Source of the DNA: Eledone cirrhosa
Taxonomy: Eukaryota
Reading direction: 5' to 3'
Assembly: GCA_964016885.1 (NCBI GenBank)
Contig: OZ024740.1
Coordinates: forward strand, 41,416,001 to 41,480,000
Length of the DNA: 64,000 nt
Shown: piece after piece, positions 14,101 to 28,700 of the stretch
How the letters are laid out: each line of letters begins with the position of its first letter
How positions within the stretch are numbered: position 1 is the stretch's first letter
Position numbers and translations under genes: made by a program
Notes under the pieces: model-generated
What the model saw: only the letters and a program-made list of their open reading frames with translations
What the model was told of the DNA's origin: nothing
Database searches by the model: none

Positions 14101-14536
14101 GACTGTCTCCGCCGCATTCTTCGCTGCCGAGACGTTGATCGGTTGCCTACCACCAGTCTTCGTATTCGCCTGAATCTTCTATCCCTTCCTTCAGTGTTTC
14201 TGCAACGGCGCTTGAGATGGTTTGGTCACGCAGTCCGGCGCCCTGAGGGTGAGCTGATCCGCGATGTTCTCCTCCCACCTCCACCCCCTAACTGGCGCAA
14301 GCGCGTCGGCGGGCAGTTGAAGACCTGGGCAGCGACGATCAAGGAGGACCGCTCCGAACTCTCAGGTCTGCAGGTGGCCGGCCTGCGCCGATAGAACCGT
14401 GACTGGCTCGCTATCTACAGTGACCTAGCCCGGGACCGTCGTGCGTGGGCTGCCATGGTTCGGGATGCCGTCAGGACAAGGGAAGAAGCCGGCTCAACCC
14501 GTCCAGGGTGAATGTCGACGCAAGTGCAAGTAAGTA
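11111..14536 (+). mobile_element. Near full-length RTE-clade LINE (APE plus RT), frameshifted
   Basis: APE motifs WNVRKL, LSEIR, VYAPT, GDWNA, NQIDYIL and SDH. RT motifs KAPGEDG, NYRSISL, QGGFRPGRGCVDQIF, FIDFAAAFDSV and LAYTDD. RLRWFGHAVR follows, then a caagtgcaagtaagtaag tail. Candidate TSD AGGATAGG at 11103-11110 and 14537-14544. Confidence 0.92.
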
Positions 14537-15561
14537 AGGATAGGATGATTCCTGTTTAAATAGTATGTACTTTATTTTAATAGATGTATTCTACCAATGG
14601 GTTTTGTGGTATAAACCAATAGGAATGAGTAACAAGATCCCCAGAAGGTCCCGGGTTCATATTCCGCCGGAGGAGAAAAAAAGCTGGAGTCATGAACTGG
14701 GAGAGCCCGGCTTAACGAAAGTGTCAAGAAGAATCAAGGGCCGAAATATTTGCTAGATGGGTGCCCAGGCGGGCTGCTGTCTTTCCGATTTTAAATTGTA
14801 TTACCAGCAATGCTGCATATGTTAATCCGAAGACACCATCTTCGGGGACGATATAGCGTAAGCAATGGCGATTGTTTACATTGACACGTGACTTAAAGTT
14901 TTAGGGGGTTGAATCAGCATCAACACCTAGTATTTACACACAATAATGCCTGGTACATATTTTACTGATACCGGAGAAGGATGAAACTAAAAGTCAACAA
15001 CAACAAGATATAAACTAAGACCGAGAGGGACTGAACTAAATACTGAAAGGAATTTAATCTGGTCCGACGTTCAAGTAATTCCTTCCCCTCCATCTTCTTT
15101 GGTTTTCATAAAAACACTCAATTACAGAGATCCAGACATTAAATAATATCAACAAAGTGCTATAAAAAATAAGTTACACTAGAGTGTGTAAAAAAAAAAA
15201 TTGAAAAAGAAAATGTTGTTGAAATGATGGATTATTTATGTCTTTCGTTCAGATTGGTTTAATTTCCAAATGTGAAGTTAGTAGAAAGAATAATGAGGTT
15301 TCAAATAGATGAAGTAGAGAAGAAAGAGTAATGGAAGTGGTTTTTTAATGAAAGCTTTTGAGAGCTGAATATTACGATATATGTTTGGCAATGGCACAAT
15401 AAATTGTTTGTGTGTTTTGTTGAAATGAGTCTGAATTTTGTTGAAATGAGTCAAAGAAAGATGTAGATTCGCCCTTCTTCGGTTATTAAAAATAAATAGC
15501 TACTTATGAGAGAGGAAACAAATGTTAGCCAATAAACAGTAGTGCGAGAAATAGAAAAACA

Positions 15562-15562
<1 letters not shown>

Positions 15563-15599
<37 letters not shown>

Positions 15600-15600
15600 A

Positions 15601-15658
<58 letters not shown>
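15563..15658 (+). repeat. (TATC)n microsatellite forming the 5' flank of Tx1 copy 1
   Basis: Directly visible; the upstream sequence is not Tx1 3' UTR. Confidence 0.95.
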
Positions 15659-18187
15659 AGCAGATGTGCGAGGCTTTTCAAAAGCACTTTGCCGGATTGT
15701 TCGGAAGGGGCGGGGGGCCGGTTGGGGACGTGGACTTCGGTCCATACCTCGACGGCCTGCCGCGTCTCTCGGACAGGGAGGCGAAGTCCTGCGAGGAGCC
15801 GATTTCAGCCGCTGAGATAGAGGACGTGCTGAGCCAAGGCGGCAAACGCAAATCCCCGGGTCTCGATGGTCTTCCATACGAACTATATCTAGCTATGCCG
15901 GACTTGTTCCCCGAACTCCTCGAGGCGGTCTACTGCAACTGGCAACAGAACGGGAGAATTCCCTGTGCTGTGACCAAGGGCGTAGTCACGCTAGTGAGGA
16001 AGGACGAGAACAAGGGGGACGATATAAATAATTTCAGGCCCATAACTCTGCTAAATACAGAGTTACAGATTTTGGCCAAGGTGCTAGCAAAGAGGTTGGC
16101 GCTTGTCGTGGGCAACCTGGTGGGAGATGCGCAGACATGTACTATCCCGTCCAGGTCCATCCACGATAACCTCCACCTCATGCGATACATCATAGAGAGG
16201 GTTGGGAACGAACCCGGCTTTGGTGGGGCCCTGATCAACTTGGATCAATCTAAGGCATTCGATAGGGTCGACCATGGTTACCTGGATGCGGTGCTAGCGG
16301 CGGCAGGCTTCGGACCCGTTTTCAGGGGCTGGATCAATGCCATGCACAGCAGCCGCATCTGCTCTAGGGTCAAGGTGAACGGCTACCTCTCGGAGCCGTT
16401 CGAAATCGCGCGGTCCATCCGACAGGGGTGCCCTCTCTCCTCCCTTCTGTATGTAATGACTCTAGAGCCACTGCTGTGGAAGTTGGAGTTGTTGCAGGGC
16501 ATCCCGTTGGAACCGGGATTGCGGAAAGCGGTGTCAGCCTACGCCGATGACGTAACAGTAATGGTGTCGACGGCCTCGGAAATCAGGGCGATCGGCACCT
16601 TACTGGAGGAGTACGAAAGGTTTACAGGGGCTAAGCTGAACCGGGACAAGTCGATCGGTCTGCAACTCGGCACGTGGGAGGGGCAGATCGATGCCCTCCG
16701 ATGGCGTCGTCGGGCGCTGGACGGAGGGCCCGGTGAAGTTGCTCGGGGTCTGGTTCGGACCAGACCTCCAGGTGGAGAAGAACTGGGGTGAGGTGACGAA
16801 CAGGGTGTTTGCACTGACCCAGAAGTGGGCCGAGTGCAAACTGTCCCTGAAAGGACGGGCGGAGGTGGCGAACACTTATATAGCGTCCGTCATCTACTAC
16901 CGCCTGACCGTTGTGCCTTGCCCAAGGGAAACGCTCGCCAAAATGGAGCGCGCACTCTTCCAATTCCTTTGGAAGAAGCGGGCTCCTATGGTGAGGAGAT
17001 CCATCTGCTGTCAACACCCTTCGAAAGGAGGGCTGGGGATGCCGTGGTTAATGATACTTAAACACGCATTAAGGCTACGGCACCTTCAGGTATTCCTCTC
17101 CGGTCAACCGGTGTGGGCCCCGTTTGTGAGGCGAGCCTTTCCCAGACTCGTCTCACTCACCGAGCTGCAATCCTGGGTCAAGCAAAGACCGAGAAAACTG
17201 GGCGCCTGGCACACCGAGTGTGCCCAGGCACTCACGGCTCTCTGGCAGGCGGACCCGGCTGTCAGTGGAGAATCCACCTCGTCATTCTATAGAGGGCTGG
17301 TGGTTAGCAGGTGCGACGACGCCCTCGGAGAAGCCCTAGGTATGGAGGAAGACGAACTGGCCAACCTGTTCGGTAGGACATTCAGCCCGGGACCCATGGA
17401 TAACTTCCAGAGGTCCCTGGCCTGACAATGCTACAGAAGGGCTCTGCCCGTTCGAGAAAGGCTCTACAGACACGGGCGCCCGGGTAGGGACCCATCGAAA
17501 AAGATCTGTCCCAGATGCGTGTGCGACGAGGAAACCGTTGCACACGCATTGGTACACTGCTCGGGCATTGCCGATCTGTGGGGTTATGTCGAACAACTGC
17601 TGTCAAGGGTGGGACCAATCCGGTTGACCACCGAGTCTATTGTAACGATCAAGCCGCCTCCCCTCTTCAAAAACGAAGGAGAGGCGGTGTTTCTGTGCGT
17701 AATAGCCATGGCGAAAGAGGTTGTATGGTGGACGCGTCTGAAAGGACTGAGGTCAGACACCTTTCTCTCTGGCCAACAACTGGTCCGTTTCTTCCGATAT
17801 CATTTCGGAAGAAGGATCAGGATGGAGAGAGAGGTGCTGCACCCCAGCCGTTTCTATGAAAGATGGGTGAAAGTGGCGAGAATGGCCCGTGTGAATGGGC
17901 CTTCACTCTACATCAGACTATAGGTGAGGAAGATGAAAGACCAAGGGAGCACCCCTTCTCTGTGCTCCTGAGGAGAAGGGTTGCACACTTTTTTCGGGGG
18001 TGTGTGCGACCCCCCAAGGCGCCTCCTCTCTATTGAGGACTTTGTTATAAATTTTATTTTTTGTTATATTTTATTTTATTTTTATATATTGTTATTGCCT
18101 CCTCCTTATTGAGGACGCCTTGTTTTGTAAACTCCCCCCATTGTACTTGTCCCACTTTTGATGCCCTGGTGGCAAATAAAAGAAACA
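15659..18187 (+). mobile_element. Tx1/L1-clade LINE copy 1, 5'-truncated (RT, CCHC, 3' UTR)
   Basis: KSPGLDG, NFRPITLLN, LDQSKAFDRV, RQGCPLS, AYADD and GGLGMP. Frameshift near 16680 and stop at 17423. AATAAA at 18175 followed by (TATC)n. Confidence 0.93.

Positions 18188-18280
<93 letters not shown>
18188..18280 (+). repeat. (TATC)n spacer between Tx1 copies 1 and 2
   Basis: Directly visible. Confidence 0.95.
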
Positions 18281-18284
<4 letters not shown>

Positions 18285-21200
18285 ACCAGACGTGTGTAAC
18301 TTCGCGGAGATGTTTCCGTCAATTTATGTAAGAAAAAAAACGTGAGTTTTCAGTTAAATTTTATATTATTGTGTAATCTTCAGGTGGTGGGTCAACACAT
18401 TTACGCTCCTACAGGGGCGAAATATTCGTTTGAAAAATCTTTTCTCCATCGAATTTTGGAAAAAATAACGTAAGAAGTTTGATTACGTTATGAACGCTGC
18501 GTTCGACGATAATGGTGGTGGAGAGTCGGTAAGACTACATAGCTCGCAGTCAACATCGTCTTCTTCCCTAGATACTATGGAGATGGAAAGACGAAATGAA
18601 ATTGTAAAAACAAATTCATATCCAAACAACACAAATGACACCAAACAGTACAATGACAACAAAAATAACCACAACAACACCAATAATGATGATAAAAACA
18701 ACAATGACAACAACAACAAAGAAAAAAATAAAGACAACACCAATAATACCAGCATCAAAGACAACAACACCAAGGAAAATACGAACAATATCAACATCAG
18801 TGACAACAAGAATGACAACAACAATAACAACAATAATGACAACACCACCAACACGGATAATTCCACAAAGAAACCGAAAATCTCCTTTGCACAGACAGTT
18901 CAGAAAAAGGAGGAACTAACATATCTCGACATAACAAATGCCGAAAAACTTTTAAAGGACGCTAGGAGATATGTTACTTTCGAAAAGAATGGTGCTTTCA
19001 GCATCAATTCTCCGGTAGAAATTCGCAAGGAAACTGCTCTCAAAACGATAGTTTTTAGGACAATTTCCAATTCTACCCGAAAACCAGTCCAATTGTCACA
19101 GAAAGAAATTGGACTGGTTTTCAAAAATTCAATGAATGATATTTCATTCATTCAAAGAAGCAAACTCTTTGGGAGTATTTCGGTACTCATGAAGGATCAA
19201 TTGACGGCCCAAAATTACTCTGTGTCGCCAATTGTATCCAACCTGTATACCTTTCTCCCTACATACATGGGAAATAGGACACAAAAGATTAGAATCACGA
19301 GTGTCACACCAAAGGTAAACATATGGTGGATACTGTGCGGCTTCATCAATTTTGATGAAGACAAAATACTTTCAGAAGGAAAGTCCCCCAGAGATGTATT
19401 CAATGGGACTAGCGTTGAAGTTCTGGTGCAAATGAGCCCAGAGCGAATAGCTATGATCCCACAACGTGTACTCCTGGACGGACTCACCTACATAAAATTT
19501 TCGGTTGAGGGTAGGCGGCCTTCATGTTACCACTGCTTTAGCAGGGGGTCACCTGAGGGCTTCCTGTCCTAAATTAATGAGTAAAAAAAGACTCTTCTGC
19601 CGACACCCATCAAAATAACACAACCACCAACACCACCACAACAACAACAACACCGACACACAAAAATAACCACAACAAACACAGTCCCACCCAACCCCAC
19701 TCCACCTAAAACCACTGCAAAATCACATACAGACACAACAGCTCCCCAAGACATACCCCTCCCCAAACACACAGACGATACAACAGATGAGGCTATCTCG
19801 CCATCACCCAGTGAAGACGAGGGAGAACCCCATCGCTCGAAAAGAAAGAAAAGACATCACAAAAGCAAAAAAAACAGCAAACACTACCACAAACATAAAC
19901 CACCAACACAAACAACAAAAACATCACAAACAAAACCCCCACCTCCTGAAAACAAAATACCTACAACAAAACGAAAGCACACACAAGAACTACAGACAAA
20001 AACAAACACAACACAAGAAAATTACACTTACACTTACATAAACACTGAAAACAAAACACTAATGTAGATCATCACGAACAACCCTTCGGTGAAAACCGAA
20101 GGAAAAACTTTCGCCCACTCTATTAAAAATAACAAAAAACTGAACCTAAAATTGATTAGGGTCCCTATACAAACTTATAGGTCTCTAAAAGAAACATTTG
20201 AAAAGGATGTGGGGAATTCCTGCGTGAAACCACTTAACCGCGTCCTTCTTAAATGTCTCCCCACCCCAGACACCCCCATCCCACCAGACCCCACCCCACC
20301 AAACATCTCTGTCCCCACCCGCCGGAAACCACCACCCATCCAGACAACCCCTCCAACACCCCCATGGAAATCGTGCAGCCTGGTCCCCAGGAGACGAAGG
20401 GTGAGTGATTTCTTTTCCTCTTTTAACTTTTCAGCACCAACATGGCCAATATAAGAGTTGGATGTGTGAACGTACGCGGCCTGGGGATGCCCTGGAAACA
20501 GGGCAAACTCTTAAACGACCTCAGGTCACACAGTATGGATGTGGTAGCCATTTGCGAGTCCAGGATCCACAACGAGCGACAGCTGGCCCCCATCTTCGAT
20601 GACTTTGAGATCTACGCATCTCTCTGTCAACCGGGGGGTGGGGGCGGAGTTGCCGTTTTGCTGCGGAAACACCTGGGCCTCGTTACACAGACGGTATATC
20701 TGGACCCGGAGGGTCGACTGGTGGTCCTAGACGTTGACGGTAGTGAAGGTGGAGCCTTGAGGCTGGTGGCTGCATATGCCCCATCCGGGACACCGCGGCC
20801 AGACTTCTTCAAACGTCTAGAGACTTTTCTGGGAACCTCCCGCTCCTTGCTTTTAGTGGGGGACTGGAATGGAATCCTAGATGCACGTTGGGACTATGTG
20901 GGAGCATGTCCCAATAAAGGGGGGTGTAACAGCCTCAAACAGTTAATCGACCGATTTGACATGGCCGATAGATATCGACTAGATTTTCCAAATGTGCCAC
21001 TGTGGACGTGGACCAACCATAGCGGAACATCTAGATCGTACCTAGATAGGGTTCTAGTTAGAAAGAAGGATAGGGACATGTTAAGCTGTCCACAAATGTT
21101 CATGGTTGCCTAGTCAGATCACAAATTAGTGACATGCTTAGTCAACCTTGACAAAACCCATAGACAGGGACCCGGCTACTGGAAGCTGAACTTGTCGTTA

Positions 21201-24093
21201 CCGACAAGCAAAGCCTACAGTAGACGGATTAGCACTTTAGTTAAACAGCACTTGACAAGGGCCATTGTCAACAACAGATGGTGGTACTCGCTCAAGAGGG
21301 CAGTTAGATTAGACTCGTTAGTTTTTAGTAAAGAATTAGCGTTAGATAGAAATATAACCGAGAAGGAACTGGTAGATACAGTAGAAGAGGCAATTAGAAG
21401 TGGCAACGTAGCCAGCATGCTAGCAACGAGAACGGCCTTGGACCAGTTCTACAACGCAAAGCACGAGGGCTGCGTTGTCAGAAGCAAAATACATGCTCTG
21501 GGAAACGAGGGAGCCAAAGCTGTTAGCTGGGCCCGAGCGACGGAGGCAAAAAGTGGCAACAAGTCCACGATTCGGTCTTTGAAGGACCAAAACCGACGCG
21601 TGATACGTGAGCCGAAGCAGATGTGTGCGGCCTTTCAGCGGCACTTTGCTCAACTATTCGGGAAGGGAAGCGCGCCGCGAGGGTCTATGGATTTCGGTCC
21701 ATACCTCGACGACCTCCCGGACAGCGAGGAAAAGTTCTGCGAAAAGCCGATTTCAGCCGCTGAGATAGGGGACGCGCTGAGCCAACCCGGCAAACGCAAA
21801 TCTCCAGGTCTCGACGGTCTACCCCACGAATTTTACGTAGTAATGCCGGACTTATTCTCCGGTCTCCTGGAAGCGGTCTACTGCAACTGGCAACAGAACG
21901 GGAGAGTTCCCAGTTCTGTGACCGGGGGCGTAGTCACACTAGCCAGAAAAGGACGAGAATAAGGGGGATGATATAGGCAACTTCAGGCCCATAACTCTGC
22001 TAAACACAGAGTTACAGATTTTGGCCAAGGTGTTGGCAAAGAGACTGGCACTAGTCGTCGAGAACCTGGTGGGAGAAGCGGAGACATGCGCAATCCCGAC
22101 CAGGTCCATACACGACAACCTCCACCTCATGCGATACATCATAGAGAGGGTAGGGTGTAAACCCGGCTTCGGTGGGGCCCTGATCAACTTGGATCAGTCT
22201 AAGGCTTTCGATAGGGTTGACCATCATTACCTGGATGCGGTGCTCGAGGCGGCAGGCTTCGGACCCCTGTTCAGGGGCTGGATTGCTGCAATGCACAACA
22301 GCAACATCTGCTCAAGGGTCAAGGTGAACGGCTACCTCTCGGAGCCGTTCCATATCACGCGATCCATTCGACAGGGATGCCCTCTCTCCTCCCTTCTGTA
22401 CGTACTGACTCTTTAGCCACTACTGCGGAAGTTGGAGCTATTGCAGGGCATCCCTCTGGAACCGGGACTGCGGAAAGCGGGGTCGGGCCGACGACGTGAC
22501 AGTAATGGTGTCGAGCGCCTCGCAAATCGAGGAAGTCGGCACCTTACTGAAGGAATACGAAAGTTTCACAGGAGCGAAGCTGAACCGGGACAAGTCCATC
22601 GGTTTGCAACTCGGATCGTGGAGAGGCAAACCGATGCCTTCCGATGGCGTCGTCGGACGCTGGACGGAAGGACCGGTAAAGCTACTCGGGGTCTGGTTTG
22701 GTCCGGACCTCCAGGTGGAGAAGAACTGGAACGAAGTGACGGCCAAGGTGTTTGCACTCACCCAGGAGTGGGCCGAGTGCAAACTATCCTTGAAAGGTCG
22801 AGCGGAGGTGGCGAACACTTTTATAGCGTCCGCCATCTACTACCGCTTGACCGTCGTGCCTTGTCCAGCCAAAACGCTCACCAAAATGGAGCGTGTGCTC
22901 TTCCAATTCCTTTGGAAGAGGCGGGCTCCTTTGGTGAGAAGATCCATCTGCTGCTAACACCCTTCCAATGGAGGGCTGGGGATGCCGTGGCTGACGATGC
23001 GCAAACACGCGCTCAGGCTGCGGCATCTCTACGTATTTCTCACCGGACAACCGGTGTGGGCCCTGTTCGTGAGGCGAGCCTTCCCACGACTCGTCTCGCT
23101 GACCGAGCTGCAGTCCTGGGTCAAACAAAGACCGAGGAAAATGGGCGACTGGCAAATCGAATGTGCTCAGGCGCTCACAGCCCTCTGGCAAACGGACCCG
23201 GCGATCAGTGGAGACTCCACTTCGTCATTTTCTATAGAGGGTTGATCCACAGCAAGTGCGACGACGCGCTCGGTGAAACTCTAGGCGTAGAGGAAGACGA
23301 ACTGGCCAGTCTGTTTGGTAGGACCTTCCGCCCGGGACCGATGGACAACTTCCAAAAGTCCCTGGCCTGGCAGTGCTATCGAGCAGCTCTACCAGTTCGA
23401 GACACGCTCTACAGACATGGGCGCCCGGGCAGGGACCCTGCAAAAAAGATCTGTCTGAGGTGCGTGCGAGACGAAAAAACCGTCGCGCACGCATTCCTAC
23501 ACTGCCCGGGCGTCACTGACCTGTGGGACTATGTAGAACGACTATTGTCGCGGGTGGGACCAATCCGGTTGACCACCGAGTCCATTGTCATGATCAAACC
23601 GCAACGAAGGAGAGGCGGTTTTCCTTTATGTGATAGCTATGGCGAAAGAAGTTGTATGGTGGACAAGGTTGGAAGGGCTGAATGACAGACACCTTTCTCT
23701 CCGGCCAACAACTGATTCTTTTTTTCAAATACCACTTTGGAAGAAGAATCAGTATGGAGAGAGAGGTGCTGTACCCCAGCAAGTTTTATGAAAGGTGGGT
23801 GAAAGTGGCGAGAATGGCCCGAGAGAATGGGCCTTCTCTCTATATCAGCCTGTAGGTTGAGGAAAAGGAGGAGGAGAGGAAGGGAGTACAAACTCTTCGT
23901 ACTCCTGGAGATGAGGGTTGCACATTTTTTCGGGGGTATGTGTTACCCATATGAACTGTCTCCCCCTATTGGGGGAAAATCGACTAATTTTTAAATTGCA
24001 TTTGTGATAATATTTTACACGTTTTTATTGTATGTAAACTTCCCCTTTTGTATTTTTCCCCTTCTTTTGTGCCCCTGTAGCTAATAAAGAAAC
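18281..24093 (+). mobile_element. Tx1/L1-clade LINE copy 2, full-length but disrupted
   Basis: ORF1 starts at 18490 with a frameshifted CYHCFSRGHLRASC knuckle. ORF2 starts at 20442 (APE NVRGL, GDWN, YLDRVL; GYWKLN; RT) and carries several stops, frameshifts and small deletions. AATAAA at 24083 followed by (TATC)n. Confidence 0.93.
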
Positions 24094-24124
24094 ATATCTA
24101 TCTATCTATTTATCTATCTATCTA

Positions 24125-24664
24125 ATCCAGTTGACTGTTGAGTCCATAGTAAGGATCAAACCGCCAGCCTCTTTCAAAAACGAAAGAGAAGCGGGTTTCC
24201 TCTGTACGGTGGCTATGGTGAAAGAAGTTATATGGTGGACGAGGTTGAGAGGACTGAGGACAGATGCCTTTCTCTCCGGACAACAATTGATTCCCTTCTT
24301 TAAGTATCACTTTAGAAGGAGAATCAGGGTGGAGAGAGAAGCACTGCATCCCAGTAAATTAACTGAAAGGTGGGTGAATGAAGCGAAAATGGCCCGAGTG
24401 ATTGGGCCTTCTCTGTTTATAAGCCTGTAGGTTGAAGAAGAGAGCAAAAGGAAGAAAGGAGCACTTGCACAACCCGCTCCTGGAGTTGAGGGTTGTTCTA
24501 TCGACGGTGTATTAAACAACCCATTTGTGGCGCCTCCCCCCTATTGGGGATTTCGATTGTTGTAATTGTTTGTTTTTATATTTTTTACACGACTGTATGT
24601 AAAATCCCCGGCATGTCTTTGTATTGTCCCCTTTTCTTGTGCGCCCTTGTGGCTAATAAAGAAA
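24125..24664 (+). mobile_element. Tx1 copy 3, short 3' fragment of a diverged subfamily
   Basis: ORF 24131-24430 is homologous to the ORF2 C-terminus (VKEVIWWTRL). AATAAA at 24655; TATC repeats on both sides. Confidence 0.88.
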
Positions 24665-24819
24665 TATATCTATCTATCTATACATACATATATATCTACC
24701 TACGTATATACATATACATACATACATTCACATATATGTATATGTGCATACATACATGCATGCATATATAAAAACATACACACACATATATACATACACA
24801 TTTATATACAAACATGCAT

Positions 24820-24868
<49 letters not shown>

Positions 24869-25372
24869 TATATATATATATACTCACAGATCTATGCATA
24901 CATACATACACACATACATTTCACTATTTCGCATGCTCCCACATTTGACTGATTAAATATATTTCTCTATCGCCCATCTTTCTATCTACATATACATTTA
25001 TATACATAGACACATTTTACGCACACAGAAACACACACTTGCACACCCACCCACACAGACACACTCACACACATACACACAGCATAAATATAGTAAACAG
25101 TTTGTAACAAGTGTTACGTTTTTTGACAACAGAGAGTAAATATAGTAAATATGTGATAAGGGCTGTTACTTTTTATTTTTGTTGTTGGCAACCATTATAG
25201 AAGAAATGGGGCTTTCATATTGGAAATAGGTTTAGAAAATGTTTTTATATTAGCATGTTGTAGAATATTGTTTAATGGCGTGGGTTGGATTGTATGTATG
25301 TATGTATGTATGTATGTATGTATGTATGTATGTATGTATGTATGTATGTATGTATGTATGTATGTATGTATG

Positions 25373-25705
25373 TTTTTAGTCCTGCAGGATGTCCAAAGTC
25401 ACCCTCCTCACCAAGAAACCTTCATGGGGTTGCCAGTTTAGTCGCCAACGAACCGACCATGAGACAGGTTGTACTGGGATACATGTTACCAGTAGCACCA
25501 ACTGGTGATCTCTCAGCACTTGTCGTCACATGGTACCATGGGCCCAGCACTATGTGTCAGTAATTGTCACAAGTGTAGTGTTTGTACCAGAGTTTTCAAG
25601 TCGCTGGCTGGACTAAAAAGTCACACTCGTTCAGCGCATCAGTAGGGGTTCTCCTACATGGATATAAAGTAGTGGCCATACTCGAAAACGAGTTGGCAGC
25701 CACCA
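25373..25705 (+). mobile_element. Non-autonomous RTE-derived element, subfamily C, with inverted 5' part
   Basis: 25373-25500 is the reverse complement of about 29461-29590. The 3' part encodes the remnant CSVCTRVFKSLAGLKSHTRSAH. (TATG)n on both sides. Confidence 0.7.
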
Positions 25706-25748
25706 TGTATGTATGTATGTATGTATGTATGTATGTATGTATGTATGT

Positions 25749-28700
25749 TATCTCTTTCTCTTAATTTCGAGTATATTTTTTTTGACCGGCCACCTTCCTG
25801 GTGGCAAGGTTGTAAAAGAAAAGAGATTGTCATCCCTTGAATCGCAAGAATGTTTTGCAAATTTTGAAGGTGCCAGCTATCGCAGCCATTTGTAGACTAT
25901 GAATTAGGGAGCTTCGCTTTTTGTCCGCAAATTCAAGTTCAGTTATACTTTGGTCCAAGCGGGTTGGTATATAACCCGTAGCTCCAATAATGATGGGTAT
26001 GAATCTAAAGGTGTATCTTGGATACTGGATTTGTAAACTACTCATCAATGGTCCGTAGATGTCCCCCTTCTCCTGTATTTTTCTGACAACGTTTACATCA
26101 AGTGGGCAGCTGATCTCCACAACAGAACACGTTTTCAATGTGTGGTCCCAAACAACAATATCAGGCCGGTTGTGCTTTAATTTGGTGGCAGTTTTTATTT
26201 TCAGGTTCCACCATTATTCCTTAGTGCCATCTGTCTCAATATATTCTTCCTCGTTTGTTGTTAATTTTGTTTTCCGAAGTGCGTTCCAGATGGTTCTAGC
26301 TATCCCATCGTGTCTCATGGGGAGGTAGTAGCGAGATGACATTCTTTCGCAGCTGGCAACAATGTGGCTTACATCCTCGATCTTTGTTTTACATAGCCTA
26401 CATTTATTGTCAGTTGCTGGCCCTCCTCTTTTGTGCAGCAGATATTTGGTACGGAGTTCTTGTTCCTGTATTGCATAGAGATATCCCTCAAGGTGTGATG
26501 TCATAAACTTGTCGGAACTCCATGCCAGGCTTTTTGAGTGGTTTATCCCCTCTATGGTCTGTGTTTTACGTCTCAAGTATTCATGCACAACCTTTTCTGT
26601 AAATTGGTCAATTTTTTTTATCTTGTTTGAACATTGAATAGGATCTTCCGATTTCTCTGGGTGAGAGATTTATATCAGGCTTTATTCCATATCTCTCCTC
26701 CAGATCAGTCGCTATTCTAATGATATTTTTTTTTTCATGCTCATAAACCTGGGCAAGATGGTTGCCAACCTTTTTCCTCTGTTGAAGGTGTTGCTTCAGT
26801 GTTACTATCCGGGTCTCATATGTTGTTAATATTGATTTTAGACCCCGGCCACCTTCCTTGCGTGAGAAGTATAGCCTATCCACATCACCATTGATGTTTA
26901 AGTTCCCAGTAACACTGAGAAGTTTGCGAGTTCTAATATCCATCTCACTTAGTTCTTGCAATGACCAGTTCAGCAGGCCAAATGTTGGCGTTAGAATTGG
27001 CACAGCATAAGTATTGTGGGCAAAGTATTTGTTGTATGCTGACAGTTCTGATGACCATATTTTCTTTACTCTTCTGAGGTATTCAGTTCTGGTTCTCTCC
27101 TTATTTATGGGTCCATCATATCTAACATTCTCATCCTGTCCAAGATATCTGTAGTTGTCACCTGACTGTAGAGGTTGTATTGTCAGGCCGTTCATCTCTA
27201 GATTTCTAGAGGAGGGCACAGCTCTTCCACGTTTTACTGCCAAATATGCACACCTGGACTCACCAAATTTCATTTTGATGTCGGTTGAAAATTGTGTAAT
27301 GAGGTCCAATTGTTTCTTGATGTCATTGATATTTGGCCCATACAACTTCAGGTCGTCAACAAAGAAAAGATGGGAGATACTTCTGGACCCACTTCTTTGT
27401 CCACCTTGTTTCCTGAGTAGGTAAGATAGTGGATTCAGTGAGAGAACGAAGAGTAGCACTGACAAACTATCACCCTGAAAGATGCCCTTCTGGTAATGTA
27501 TCTTATCAGTCTTAACTTGCTCCTTCTCACCTCTAAGGATTAAATTGGTGTACCAGTTCTTGGTCAGGCGTTCAACAGCAGCTACCAATGGTTGTGGGAC
27601 TTTGGCTAACTGTAAAGCCTTAATAATCCACCCATGAGGTACACTATCAAATGCTTTTTGATAGTCCAGCCACACCACAGTCATGTTTCTGCGATTCTTT
27701 GTTGTTTTTTCCTGAATCATTTTGTTAGTTAGTAGGTGATCTATGCAACCCTACACCTCCCTCTTTCCACCAGCTTGCTCAGGTGTTATGATGTTGTTGG
27801 TAGCACAGTGATCCTGTAAGAACAGGTTAAGGCACCCAGTATATAATTTATACATGATGTTTTGGCAGGCTATTGGGCGGTAATTTTTAGCAAGGGTGGT
27901 TTGGCTATTTTGGGGAATGAGGAGAGTAGTGGCAGCTGATAACCATCTGGGCAGTTCTTGTGTGCCTTTAATGGTTTCTGTAAACAGCCGTATGAGATCT
28001 TGCCGATAGAAAGTGAAATTCTTCAACCAGTATCCTGTAATGAGGTCTGGGCCTGGCGATTTCCTATTCGACATTTTCTGTAAAGCTGTTTCCAGTATTG
28101 ACCCATCTATGTCATATTGTTTTGTCTGGACATGTTAGCAGTAGTCCATGTTCCAGTTCTTTTAGCCAATTAGTTTGTCTGTTGAATCCGTCATCCGTTT
28201 CCCATACAGATCTCCAGTAGCTCTCAACCTGTTCTTTTGAAGGGGTGTCATTTACTGGGATTGAGCTTTTGCCACCGAAGCTGCGATAAACTGATTTAGG
28301 ATCTCTTTCAAACAATCTATTTAGCACTTGTCGTTTATGTGCTGTTGACTTATATTTTAGTCTTTCTGTTGTAGCTGTGAGTTGTTTCAACTGGTGTAAT
28401 TTGGAGTTCAAAGTTTTAAATTTTGTATTTCCAAATAGTCTCTCTAACTTTTTTTTAAGTCTTCCTGGTGTCGTGTGAAGTTGCTCTCTATGTTGCATTT
28501 CATAACGACTGCGATGTGTGAGATACTTCGTCTCAGGGACAAAATTTTGCTTTTTAAATTTCGCATCCACGCTGGTTCAGGCTTTCTGTTTGTATCTTGA
28601 TTGCGTGGTTTTAGATGTGTATTATATGATAGCAATGTGACAGCTGAAACATATAACAAAATATTAAGCGTTTCAAATGTCGTTTCTACACCTTTAGATC

